A stretch of 64,000 bases of DNA from Raillietiella orientalis (taxonomy: Eukaryota), in assembly GCA_036172245.1 (NCBI GenBank), contig JAYWIR010000005.1, positions 1,674,001 through 1,738,000 on the forward strand, given 5' to 3'. The translations under genes and the position numbers were made by a program. The notes under the pieces were generated by a model, which did not search any database, was not told the DNA's origin, and was given only the letters and a program-made list of their open reading frames with translations. Below, piece by piece: positions 12,291 through 24,175 of this stretch. How positions within the stretch are numbered: position 1 is the first letter of the stretch; each line of letters starts with the position of its first letter.

Positions 12291-15200
12291 CGGGCGTCGT
12301 CTCCTCTCCCCCCAAGCGTTTCCATAGCGTTGCTCTCTGTGCCCACCGGTGAGGAGACGCCAACGGGAAAACTTTCGCGCCAACCACCCTCAAGGGCTTG
12401 CCGCTCGACGTGCGCGTCCCTGAAGGCCACCCGCCTGCTAACGGTGGCTTTGAGCCGACGAATGTCCCGGGTCAACCGACAGGTTGTCGGGGTCGTCGCG
12501 AACTCAGAGGAGCCTCGTGAGGAGCGGAGTGGCCCTCTTTTCGATCAGGGGAGGGCCTACAGCCGGAGGAAGTTCTCCTTCGTTTCCGGACAACCGTCAT
12601 CCCAGTCGGCAACCGGGGATCGGCTCCAAACCGGAGAGTCACTCCGGTCCGTGGTCGACCTTCGGGAAAGCAGCGTTTGCGGACCCCAGGGATCTCTAGT
12701 CGCCGATTTCTGGAGACGGTCTCCCTGGAAACGCCCGCTCCAGTGCAAAGCGCTCGAGCGGGTCCCTTCTCGACCCCGCCGGTCTTTACGCTGCTGAAGG
12801 GGAGGACGCTGACTAGCTTGAGCCTTTTCGTAAACACCTCCCTTCTTTCTAGAAGTGGCGTGAGTGCCCCGCCTTCGGGGACCGGATGTGTCGTCCGGGA
12901 GGGGTCAGGTCAAGGTGTGTTTGTTTTCCTCTTTTTTCCTTTTGTCTTTTTCTTTTCCCCCGTTGGACGCGAATGGGAATGGGTCCCAGCCACGCCCCTC
13001 GCCTTCGCCACCTGCCGTGGACTGGCGATCTCGTCGGCGCAGAAGAGACCGCCGCGCCCGCCGCTTTCTCCTGCCCTTCCGGGTCTGAGAGGGCGCGAAG
13101 GTCCGACGGCGGCGTCCCGCGGGTGGTTCCCTCCGGAGCCCGGAAGAGTCGTGGTCGGGTTGGCGCGTGGGATGCGGTGCCAACCTCGAGGATGCTGCTG
13201 CTGGGGGTGGCGCCTCGGCGGGCGGTCGTCCCGCGATCGTCAGAGACCCAGGGGAGCAGGGAAGCGCCCGCAGGAGCAGACGACGGTCGCCCCGAGCGAC
13301 CCGAGTTCCCCGTCCACCTGCTTTGCGAACTTTTCGCGAGCTTCAGGAAAGAGCGAGAACACCAGAAAATCCGGCGGCGCGGCGCGTCAGGGCCCCATCG
13401 CCCTCGGGAAGGACCGCCCACCCCGTGGATAGTGGACAAAATGGCGGCTGGATCTACCGCCCCGGAGGTTGCTTCCGGTGGTGACTCCTCGGCGGCGAGC
13501 ACCGAGCAGCCGAAGCCTCCCCGGCCACGCGCGGACGACCCCCGACTTTCAGATGGTTGCCCTTGGCGGCGGCGGTAGCGATGCATCCCGAGGTCCTCGC
13601 CGCTTCCGGCAGCGGTGCCTCCGCTCCCGTTCTGACGATCCTTTACGGGAAGAGGACAAGAGGACACCGCCGAGAGGGCGTCTCCTATGCGACTATCTGC
13701 TGCGGCCTTCATCACCGCTTCCACTTCCGAAACGACTAGGCGAGTCGTCGATAGCGCCGTTGGTCTCCAGAGCAACTGGGAACGCTGACTCCTTTCGAAC
13801 AAACCACTTGCACGCAAGCACGCGCGAGCAGTTCCTGGAAGGCTGCTCCCGCCGCCGGGGCTTGGGACAGCTTCGGGACACCTAGCAACGAGGCTTCCCG
13901 TTTCCCGTCCGATCGGCTGCCTGCAGACTGCCACCTGTCTTCCCTGGCCAGTCGCCGGTCACCTTGCCGTTTCGCCCAGAAGGAGAGAGAGGGGGGGGGG
14001 GGAGCCTGTGTTCTGGCACTTTTCCGGGGGCCTCAGCTTGGCGCCCGATCTGGAGCCATGCCCTGGCCTGCGACGGCCCTCTCCGCTCCGGGCCGCCTGT
14101 CCATCCCTCGATGGGTTCCCTCCCGGCCGCTACGAAAACGCACCGCTTGGGCGGCGGTAGCGCCCTGGAAAGGGGGTCGGAAAGTCCAGGGTTTCTCAGG
14201 GACGCTTTGCCTGGATTCATCCCCAGTAGGTCTCTCTACAGTCCTACAGCACTCCTCGGGGGGGTTGGAGCTTGGATTCCTCGACAGACCTTCGCTCGCG
14301 CTTGGTTCGAGATACTCAGCAGCAGCTGCAGCGTGCAGCTCCGTAGCTGCTGCTCCTCGCGCTTCCAACCGGTCCAAAATTCCCATTTATTTGAGCGCTT
14401 AAAAAAGCATAATGAGGGTGAAGTGAGATTCGGTCGTCTTGACAACCGATTATTAGTTGGGTATTACAAAGGGAGCCATAAGCCATTGCAGGTTGTTTAT
14501 ATTTTAATCTCAACAACGCTTTGTGAGCGGCATCCATCCGCAAAAATTGCCGCCTGCAGCCTCCGTCGGCAAAGCGCGATGGAGTAACTGCAGAGTGAAA
14601 CATCCGTGTCGTGCTACCGGCCAGTTCCCGAGGACTGGTTACCCAGTTGAGAAATCCAGCGATGCAGCGGTCACTCCGCGCGGAGAAAGCAAAGAGATAA
14701 GCGGATTGACCTCTCCTTCCTTTCTTGCCCACCGGCAGGACGCAGCGAGTAAAAAGTAGTGGAAACGGCAGTCGCCAAACTTATCTCCCACACCCGTTAC
14801 TGGGAAACAGGTGAGTAGCGTGATATATATCTTGATGATGCGATTTCTTGGATGATTTAGATTGCATGCCTTTTCCAGCAGCAGCAAAACCACTCCACGA
14901 TCACGAACTCCTCCGCCCCGAAATCCGTTTTCACCCCCTCGTTACATATCTCCGAACCCAAGGTGTGTTTCATTCTTTTCTTTTTTTTGCTTCTCTTGTC
15001 ATCTTTAAAGTCATGTATGCATCTCGCCCGAGAATTCAGTGATTCGTGAACCGGAAAGCTTTCCTGGATTCTCTTCTAGCAGATTGACTGGAGATAATTC
15101 AGCACTGATGCTCCATAAATGGATTGCCAAATGCTCCTACGGGAAGATCAGTGCACTTCAAGATTTGATCTAAAGATCCTCAAACAGACACACACACACA

Positions 15201-15990
15201 CATAAAAAAGTCCTTGTGCTGCCACCAAGAAACTCATTACATGGACGACTTTCGAATTTGAAAAAAAAGGAAAAAGAAAAAGAAAAAAATGGATTTCTGC
15301 AACGATAAAGCCGTTGCGTGTAACAGAAACATTCTTTACGGCAGCATTCAAGGAGGCTAATGTGGGAGAATAGAAATTTGTCGTAAACTCCCTTCTTTCT
15401 GTCCGCTGGTGCAACACACAAAAAAAAAATGCTAGAAACTTCTGGAATCGATACAAGTGCATTAAAATGTATCATGTGGGACCTGCATTAAATTCCATTG
15501 TGGTAGCGATGGCAATCTCATACAGGCATCGCTAACTTAAACGTTACGTACGGAGTAGATCGCCGGCACAAACGAAATATTGCATAAAAATGGTACTGCT
15601 GGATGATCTGCCTTACCAGATTCAAGCCAGATTCGACTTCCGTCGGAAAGTGACCGCATTGCTGGCTCATTTTCCAAAAGAACAGACCGGCGTTCCATCC
15701 GCGCGGGAACCCACTCTCAAGCCGGAATCTCTCGCAACAATGGATTCCCTACCTGGGACTCGGAACAAATACTTGGGCGACCGAAACAATCGACACGCAA
15801 CGAGAGACGTGAGGTATCCAATGACGACGGCGGTGCAGACTTGAGATGGCAGGCAGGGCTTGGTACACTGCAAAGGCAGGAAAGGTTTGCGTGCTGTACA
15901 TTGTTGCTGCACGCAACAAGGCGCGCCATTTGGCACGATGATTTATAGTACAGTTCCTCGAAGCTCACGTGGGTTGAAAGCGCGTTGCAA
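12290..15990 (-). mobile_element. Decayed near full-length Ty3/gypsy gag-pol
   Basis: Collinear on minus: gag (15667..15936), knuckle-like WLESGKADHPA (about 15600), protease (15148..15462), RT (14639..14893; 14316..14732 GKKG..KYKQPAMAYGSLCNT; 14033..14386 ILDR..EGLSRNP; 13882..14220), RNase H/IN-zinc (12849..13934), IN core (12472..12837 FTKRL..GVSRETVSR; 12557..12748 DWDDGCP). Confidence 0.7.
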
Positions 15991-16039
15991 CCTTCGGCTT
16001 TTTATTTTAATTTCGGCATGCCTGTAAATTTTTGCGCAA

Positions 16040-16950
16040 AAAGTGCAAAGCCCTAAATTGCATTGCAGCTGGATGTTGATTTATTGGATTGCACTTAATT
16101 AGGCCCTGTTTGTATCCGCTCATTTGCACACTTTTAAGTTTTCTTCATAAATTTCCGAAGTTTGTGGAAGGGACTGGAGATGGAAACTCAGATTCTTTCG
16201 CCATCCTTTCTCTCTCTCTCCCTTACGATTTTAGTTTTTTTGGTTTTTTTTTTTTCTTCCTCTTCTTTCCGAACTTCTTACGAGGATCTGTTGCCTGGCT
16301 GCGGTACCCCACCTTGCCCGCGAGAGACACCAAAGGAACTCGGCAAACTTGCTGTAGGTTCTGCTGGTGCGCCGGCACGCAACAAAGCGCCGTTGCCTAA
16401 AAAGCGAACTCCAGGAAGAATGAAAAATACCGAAGCAGCCGTAGCCCTCGTGAAGTGCTTGCGTGGATGGGGAACGCAAGAAGCCCGTGAGCACCAATTA
16501 GAGGTGCACGTGAAACGAGTTCCGGAGCTCACAGAAACAGTGCATCGTTTCGCTACGGAAACGCCATCCAGCACTCATGATCTCCAGATCTGAAATTTTC
16601 CGGACCATGGTTCCCATTGCCATTTGTATTTCTCCCCTTTCCCGCGATTTCCATGGAAGCCTTCCATGGAAATTGCGATGACAGAGTTCCAGTGTGACCG
16701 TGCTAATTGTGAGTGACTTTTGATTGCAGTCCCCGGAATCTGCATCGCTAACGAATCGCCATTAGAGCGAATCTTTTCGTCCTGAAATGGAGTGTCATGG
16801 ATAGGAAGGAGATCAGGCACGTCTCTGAAGCGATTCTGCTCTTGGAGAAGAGGAGGAGGGGAGGGGGGGAACGCGCCTTTCCTAAACGGAGCAAATGTGC
16901 TGTCGCCGTAACACGACGGGGGAAGAAGAGTTCCCCGAATTGAATTTTTC
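16040..16950 (+). mobile_element. Decayed Ty3/gypsy relic (RT thumb, RNase H, IN zinc region)
   Basis: ORF 16089..16400 LSFLHKFPKFVE..DSFAILSLSL; ORF 16162..16593 EAAVALVKCLRGW..HRFA..HDLQI; then LIAVPG..SLKRFCSW. Confidence 0.45.
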
Positions 16951-17239
16951 AAGACGCGCTCCAGTCCAGGGATGAGTCTCTGTGCAGCTCTTTCCGAGCA
17001 GTTTGAATCGCGTGATGAGTGGATTCGTAATTCGATCTAATTTGATTTTTTTTGTGCGTTTTTTTTTCTTTTTTTCCTTTTTTTTTCGTATCAGTGGGAA
17101 ACCTGCAGGGTTCATGTTTTCGAGGAAGAAACGAAGAAAGAAAGAAAGGAGAGAGAGAAGAAGAAAGAAAAAAAGAAAAAAAAAACATAAAGATGAAATG
17201 AAATAGCGGATTTTCCTGAGCAGCGGTCTTTGCTTTTAC

Positions 17240-17740
17240 GATGGACATTTTCCTCGACGACACGGTGCTACCCGGTAGTAAAAACCCGCTGCTCGCCGAC
17301 GACGAGCGTGTCGGAGAGATGCGGCTGTGGAAAGCAACAGCGGCTGGAGGAAGAAGAGCCACAATCGATCCGGGCGCGCTCTCTTGAAAGCCGCAGGCTT
17401 GCAGCCAGATCGAGGCGATGAGGTCTTGCCGACTACCTTTGCCTCGATCATCTCTGCCAGGTGGGGCGGGGACCTCCCTCTTCTTTCTCCTTCGCCCTCC
17501 TGGATGAGGAAGGCAGGCGGTCTGCGAACCGAATAGGCCAGCAAGACGTGGCAACGTCCGCCGGACTCTCTCTCTCGGACAACCGCAGGCACTCGCGGGC
17601 GGCGGCGCGCCACCTGCGAAGAAGACCGATCACTGAGTGTCGCTTCCGGAGCGACCCCCAGACTCACCACCTGGGAGCGATCTCCCGCGCTGCCTCGACC
17701 CCCTTCTGTGATCCGCAGACTTCCGTGATGTTCCCTAGAA
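17240..17740 (+). mobile_element. Decayed Ty3/gypsy RT fragment
   Basis: MDIFLDDTVLPGSKNP..ERVGEMRLWKA at 17241 keeps a (Y/F)LDD motif, followed by SQIEAMRSCRLP..GGAGTSLFF (thumb). Confidence 0.55.
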
Positions 17741-17764
17741 GCTTTGACCAGACGCGGCACTGCT

Positions 17765-18672
17765 CTCCCTCAGAGAACACCCAGGCAGTAACCAGCCGGC
17801 CAAATAGGAGGTCAGTTGCGAAATAGGTCTTTGGATGAAGGAATTAGGTGATTGGACCACGGGCCAGCTCACGGACGTTGCGACCCCAGGTGCTCCACTG
17901 AAAGGACTACTGCGCTGGGGTGAGCTACTGGGAACCCCGCAGTAAGACCTCGAGTGGCCCTCCGAGCTGAAGAACGATTGGGCCCTGTCCCTTAAGTGGC
18001 AGGAATCAGCACTTCTGCTGTTTCACTGGGGCCTCCCGTGCAACGTCTGCCGGTCTCACTGGACCCGGGGCTGTGGACCCAAACTGCTGCAGGTGCGGGG
18101 AGAGGGCATCCCAGCTCCCGCACCTGCTTGTAGACTGTGCTGCCCTGCGGCCCCTGTGGTTGCGTTACGCAACAGCCTTCGGTGCATCGACGAACAATCC
18201 CAGGGAAGTGAAGCGCCTCCTCGTGCGCGACATCCTTTCGTCTGCCGCATCTTCAGCAGCTCTTTGCTGCTACCTACACAAGATTGTGGTAGCCTGGAGC
18301 TACGCGAGAGGAGGACGGAGCGATAGGGACGCCATCTGCTTCGCCCTGCGCTTCCTGCGGACCGCAGCAAGATGTCCCCACTTGGGGCACACTCGGATGA
18401 AACTTGCCGCCATCCTGGAAAGGATGCAGGGGACGCCCCCCCCCCCCCCAGAGGACAGTGATCCCTTCCTGTGCATCCTAGAGTTTTCCTTTTTTTATTG
18501 ATTTTTATTTTATTTTTATTTTTGTTTGCTCCTTTCCCTCCGCTGCCAAGGCCAACCTCGCCGGCCTGCATGCCGGTTTCTCGGCAGGTTCCGAACATTT
18601 TCGGATGCTGTAGGGTCAATGGCCCTACACCTATATGTTTATTTTATAGTAAACGCCCCGCCGCTACCGGGA
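17765..18672 (+). mobile_element. Non-LTR retrotransposon (L1/Tx1-like) 3' fragment with zf-RVT CCHC and 3' UTR, copy a
   Basis: WQESALLLFHWGLPCN../VDPNCCRCGERASQLPHLLVDCAALRPLW (Cx2Cx8Hx4C, ORF 18073..18501); stop and frameshift upstream; clear nucleotide homology to 24176-25075 (-). Confidence 0.75.
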
Positions 18673-18689
18673 GATCACTGGAAGCAGAT

Positions 18690-20800
18690 TCGACCAGGAA
18701 CCGACCGGAGTTCCCCCTGACCACCCGGAGCAGACCCGCCCGCGTCGGGCAGCTGCGGGCTCAACTGACCGAGCAAGTAGCCCAAAGAGCCGGTCTGTCT
18801 CCGCCACCCGACGTGACGGACGGTTCACCTCTCCCGAAACAAAAGGAGAGAGGCATTCTCTCTCCAGAAGCGGATGAGGAAAACCTGTTTTTATCGATCC
18901 TCCATCGACGGTTACACGCGAGGCAGAGCCACTCCCTGAGCGCTGGGAGGAACGCCTTTGAAAGAAGACACTCGTGCGAAAGACAGCATCCAGCAGAAGC
19001 GATGGATCCGAGTGCAACCCAATACTCCTGTCCAGGACGGAAAGGCCGTTGTGTACACGAATCGTATACACCGGGAAGGCGCGTTTCAACGCCGGGGAAC
19101 GGTGCAGCCGGCCTTCCCGCGCGCCGGCGGACCGGGCCCCTCTGGCTGACGACGGACGTCCCGGCGTTCGGGAAAGCGGCGGCAGCTTCCCTTCCGGCGC
19201 TCTCCCACGTCGGGAAGACCCGTTTCCTAGGCGCGACCGCCGCAAGCGTCAGTCTGCGCGCGAGGGGGTGAGGAACCTCTCCCGGGGCTGGATGCGCATG
19301 CCATGACCCCTTGCCGTTCTCCGTGTGACTCCCGCGGTTTCTCCATCCCCCTTCCCCGCCTGCTGCTTTCTCTCCAAAGGGCGGAGCGTCTGAGCCGTGC
19401 TGATGCCCCCCATCTTGAGCGCGCGCGCGCCCCGTCTGCCCGACTCCCCCCCTCCGCCACTCTGCGCTCGGCGGATGCCGCATCTCCTTGCGACGAGATC
19501 GGCGTGGGCCTCACGTCTCCTCTCGCGCGCGCGTTCCCACGACCGCAGGTCCTCTTCCAGGCATCTCGGGACTAGGTTTCAGATTTATAAGTTTCCAGAA
19601 TCTCCCCGAGCGGCGGGAGCATCTGGAAGCCACCGGAAGAAGAAAATCCAAGATCCGCAGTTCCCCAGGATCGTCGTCCGCAAAGCCTCGTGTCAGCCGC
19701 CTCTTCGCTGCGGAAGCCGCCAGCGCCATTGTTGCCGGGAAACGGCCACCGTTGCCCGTCGCAGCGAACGCGGTTGTTGCCGGGAGACGACCGCCGCTGA
19801 GCACCGCAGCGCGGTCTCGAGGCCGCAGGTCCCGTAGCTGCGCTCGTGCCGTCTCTCGCGTGACCGACGGGACGCGACCGATTTCTCTGCCTTCCCCCCC
19901 TGTCTCCCTGATCCCGCGATTCCGAATGAACATCCCCGCCCCTCCTCCTCCTCCTCCGCCTCCCCGTTCCGTTTGTCGTCGGGACGCACAGACGGGCGAA
20001 GCGCCGCCGGCCGGACGAGCCGTCGGGAGCCCGTTGCTTCCTCCTTCCTTCCTCCCCTCGGACGGCGCCCTTCCCTGAAAGAGGGGAGGAGGGCGTGCTG
20101 TGAGGGATACGCTCTTCCGAAGAAGGGAGGGAGGAGTGGATGATGACGTCTGTGGTCTCCGAAGCAGGGGCGTTCGGCGCCGCACCGCGAGTGGAGCCTG
20201 CGAACGGGAATGCATCGGGGTAGAGGAATTCCTGCTGCGCCCTTCCCCACCTCTCCTTCGCGCTCCCCGGTCGAGCAGGGCCTCCCATCTGAAGCGGGCT
20301 GGTTGCCTCGCAATGTGACGGATCGGAATCCACCTCTGTCTTTTCCGGAGATGAACCCCCGCGAAGGGGAGGGGGGGACGGGGGAGGGGGAGGGCGGCTG
20401 CAGGACGCTGTCAGGATCTTCCTTCAGGGAGACTGGGAGTCGCATGCCACAAGGGACCGTCAGGCGCGGAGCGGTCCATCCACCGACGCAAGGGCAGCTC
20501 CGGATATCCTAATCTCTCAGGGAGATGCTGCTGCTCCGCGTCCTTGGAGGACGGATGCGCGGGCGTCTTCCACTTCCGTCCGCTGCAGAGGCACCTCTCC
20601 GCAGGGGGGGGAGGAAATGGAGGCGCCCTCTGTAGTCCACTCTGAGGCCACAGAGGACCGGGAGGCTGTCGGGAGCGGGGGGGGGGGGGAAGGTCGCCGC
20701 GGAACCGGCGTGGTAGGGCATAGAACCTCAAGGCATAGACGGTTGGACGCAGGCAGGGACGGTCGGCCATTTTTCTCCCTCCTTCTCCTCTCCTCTTTCC
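18690..20800 (+). mobile_element. Decayed Ty3/gypsy pol (RT, RNase H, integrase)
   Basis: KQKERGILSPEADEENLFLSILHRR (18471..19271); LADDGRPG..DRRKRQSAREGVRNL (18974..19306); IPLPRLLLSLQRA (19303..19575); RLFAAEA..GKRPPL (19488..20078); VRRRTASGACERECIGVEE..RAGCLA (20100..20318); APLRRGGGNGGA. Confidence 0.65.
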
Positions 20801-21329
20801 TCACTCCACGGAAGGAGAGGTGGATTTGCTTGGTTGCTGTCGTCGCCGGCGGGTTTTTTTCGGAGTGGGCGACCGTCTCTCCGCGCAGCTCCCGCCTGGC
20901 CGATGCTCCCCAAGAGGGCGAGACGGAGGAGGAGGAAGGGATGGGCAAGCGACAGTGGCGCGGCGGAAGGCGCTGCCCCGCGAGAGGGTCCTCGAGGGGG
21001 ACGTGCGCCAGCAGCAGCGGTTGTGGCGCGCGCACCGCCTGCGCCTAGGGCGACAGAGGGGGCGTGACTTCTCCTCGGACTCGGCACGGAGAGGAGCGCA
21101 CCCGAGGGCGGCCTGGGAATGCGCACGCGCGAGCGGGGGCGCGCACGGGAGGGGGAAGAAAAAACGAGAGAGAAAAAAAAAAATGATTGCGGGGGAATTG
21201 AAAAATCGCGTGACTCCCGGACTGCCGCGGATGCGCGCGGCGGTACCTTCTGGCCGGGAGCAGCAGCGGCAGCAGCAGCAGCAGCAGCAGATCGTCGTCA
21301 GTAACAACACGGCGATAAGTTTCATCGTA

Positions 21330-22150
21330 ATTACGAGTCGGGATCGACGTGGGATCGATTCATCACGCCCGGAGCGACGGGTTCTCGGATCCCTTCGGGC
21401 GCCGTGCCGTTTGATGGAGAGCCTCGTCTCGCAGATGCCGGTGCGCGGCTAGGCGCGCGCGGCGGCGCGAGGTGTCCACTGGCGGAGCCAGAAAATTTGG
21501 CTGGGAATCCGTCCGGCACGGAGCTCCTTCCCGTGAATCGATCGCCCGCGCGCTGCGGGTGATTTGGCTCCCATGGCCGGCGTCATGAATTTCTTTCTTT
21601 CTTTCTTGCAGGGGGGGAGCACTGCTGTCGTGTTCGAGGCCTTACCTCTTTGCCCACGTGCACGCTGCTTGGAAGTTCCGGGTCATGTTGAGAAAGCGTA
21701 GCGGAATCATCGCGCAAGGCCAGGGTTGCCACTGCACAGCCCCGCTTTCCAAATCCTCCTCCTCCACGAATAACAATCCCTCCCCGTTCTTCCCCGCGGA
21801 AGCGCAAAAAAGCTGCTGCCTCCGCGAACCCCCTCGTGCGGCGCTACGACGCGTCCCCCGAAGGAAAGCGTGGGCCAACACCACCAGAAGAGAGAAAGCA
21901 TCGAAGCAGATTCGACCGCAGGCCGCCAAGTCCGAGCCGCCGTACGTGGTGGCATCGCGCTGCCGCTGCCGAAGACGTGTGCGTTGCAGCACAGCCACTC
22001 CGCGCTCGCTCGCCGCAAACAAGGACCAGGAAATGACCACGCTCTGATGAAATGCCCTTCTCATTTATTCCAAGGTATTAATTACCATCACAGGGTCCGT
22101 GGTCGTTTAACTCGAGCGTGATGCCACACTCTGCCTTCGCCCGTCCCGAG
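21330..22150 (-). mobile_element. Decayed Ty3/gypsy relic (protease to pre-RT)
   Basis: CGITLELNDHGP (DTG site, ORF 22078..22320), TTYGGSDLAACGRI (21642..22064), GFGKRGCAVATLALRDDSATLSQHDPELP (21583..21807). Confidence 0.5.
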
Positions 22151-22759
22151 AGGGGGGGGGGGGAAGGAGGCAAAGGGATGCCATTTATACTTTTTTCCTT
22201 TTTTTCCTCTTCTTCTCCTTCTCTCTTCTTCTTCTTCTCCTCCTCCGTTATCCTGCGTTCGTGCTCGAGGACTCCCTGTCTTGCGTGAATGATGAAGGGA
22301 CATCGGTACGAACTGTGCACTCGAACAAGACCGGCGAATTAGCCGGACGCACCGAAGAGCAGTGAATGAAAGAAACCGCCGCCGAGGGATTTCATTTCAC
22401 GTTTTACGTACCAACTGGTGCGGAGGAAGGAAGCCGCGGGACTCGGAGAGCACGGAATTCAGATTTTTACCTCAGCGATTCCCCGGCGAAAAAAAAGGAA
22501 AAAAAAAGGAAGGGACTTCCACGAAGCCACGGGAACGCTCCGCGTCGCAACATTGTGAAGTCCTCCGAGAACGCAGTGCTCGCGGAGGACCTCCTCCGCG
22601 GGAATTGTGAGAAAGGAATTCGTCGCGGTCTTCCGACAGCTATTAGTGCGTTCGTCTTTCCTCAGCAGCAGGCTAAGAAAAGCAAATAAAAACCTGAGAA
22701 TCACCATAAACGTTCGTCGTGTCGGCTGATTTGTAGTCGATCGTTTCCTAATTACATTG

Positions 22760-24000
22760 CGCATTATCAGATGCACACTAATTTATGCCCAAATGGGGAT
22801 TCAGTGACAACGATGCTCATAACATCAGAAATAATAAAATGCACCCACCGCTTTTGCATGGTGGAGGTCCGCGAATTCTTTTGTCGTGGTTGGGGCAGCC
22901 TTTCAGCTTCGGTGGGACCAACGAAAGGAAATATTTTGAAAATAAAACAATATTAAAAAAAAAAAAAATGTTGCACGTCATTCATTTTTTTGCATCTCTT
23001 TCCTTTGAAGAAGCATATCGCGCGCGCTCTCTTTGCGTCAAATATATATGTATGCATGTATGTTATGTATGTATATCAAATTCAGGGTTCATCATCACTT
23101 GCGCATTCACACCGGCAAGGCATCTTTTCCGAGGAACACTTGACAGTTTTCTTCTTATTGCTTCAGCAAGTCCATATTTCTTCTCGAAATGCTTTTCGCA
23201 ACTCCGGAATATCCAACCCCGCAAACGTCTCTGTAGACTTTGCTTTTTTGATCGATTTCGTGTGTCAGGTTCTTCAGCGGTAGTTGAGTGACTGCAGCTG
23301 TTGTTTTGCGCGTTTCACGCACTCAGAATTCATAACAAATGATTTCGTGAAATCACCCTTGGCTGTATTTTACACTTTGATGCGATCAGCGTCTCCGTGA
23401 AAGATCCGCCAGCAACCAAGAAATTAAATTCTTGCCACGTAACGGACGCTTATCGTGAAATGCGGCAAAATGGAACTTCTGGTCGGTCGGGAAGGTACAT
23501 CCAGTTGCACTTCACAGCAGGAGAATCCTTGTTTTGAAATTGATACGACTGGCATACGCATGGATCGTACGATCCAGAACGCGCTGTCACCGGCAATTCC
23601 GTTGAGTGGAATTTTCCGCACAGGGAGGGGCAACGTAGACGAAGGATAAATCCCTGGCTGTTCGTAGCACGCGGTGGGCGACGCGCCTTCTTGCGCCCAT
23701 CACCAACCATCATCATCATGCCGCGGATCGCCGTTCGGACGCGCGCGCGCGCGCACTGAACACTTGCGCATACGTCGCCATGGCTACCGGAAAAGGCAAC
23801 GGGTGCGGATCGCATTGTTGAAGAAGCAAGGGGAAACGGTCTCGGGAAGCTAAAAATAACTCAACAATCGGTGGGCGTGCGCCTCGGAGCCAAGTCGGCA
23901 GCTCGGCAAAACGCCTTTGCCGTTTTACGAATCGGCGGAAAAGTCGTCCGCTGCTCACTCTGCCGGATTCGCGCGGCGACGACAACGACGACGACGACGA
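22760..24000 (+). mobile_element. Decayed Ty3/gypsy pol (RT to RNase H)
   Basis: FFASLSFEEAYRARSL..AFTPARHLFRGTLDSFL..LCFFDRFRVSGSS (22785..23291); ELLVGREGTSSCTSQQENPCFEI (23455..23649); LAHTSPWL..RIVEEARGNGLGKLKITQQSVG near 23760-23900. Confidence 0.6.
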
Positions 24001-24175
24001 CGAAGGGTCGTTTTCTTCCACGCGACGTGTCGCTGCGAACCTGAGGAAGAAGGGCGAAAATCTGGAGCGTTCCGCTCGTGCGGAGCAAATGGCAGCGGCA
24101 ACAAGAACCTTTCGCTTGGAGTCCAACGCGAGGAGGAACCTGTCCAAGACCTCTAGGGAAACGCGCTCCATTAAC

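Noticed and set aside
12278..12500. hAT dimerisation-domain-like PTTCRLTRDI..AT..AF
   Set aside because: Lacks WW and ERxFS, and lies in the post-integrase tail of a gypsy relic.
12849..13934. Long ORFs (this 361-aa one, 31304..32203, 35278..36117 and others) as novel genes
   Set aside because: Openness is explained by GC richness and residual pol frame; there is no evidence of intact function.
4590..16040. The plus-strand relics at 3.5-4.6 kb and 16.0-16.9 kb as one element split by nested minus-strand insertions
   Set aside because: Both appear to contain the same RT thumb segment (about 20 codons of overlap), so they do not join cleanly.
21478..21510. Harbinger-like TIR start (CTGGCGGAGCCAGAAAATTT)
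   Set aside because: No matching inverted partner or transposase found.
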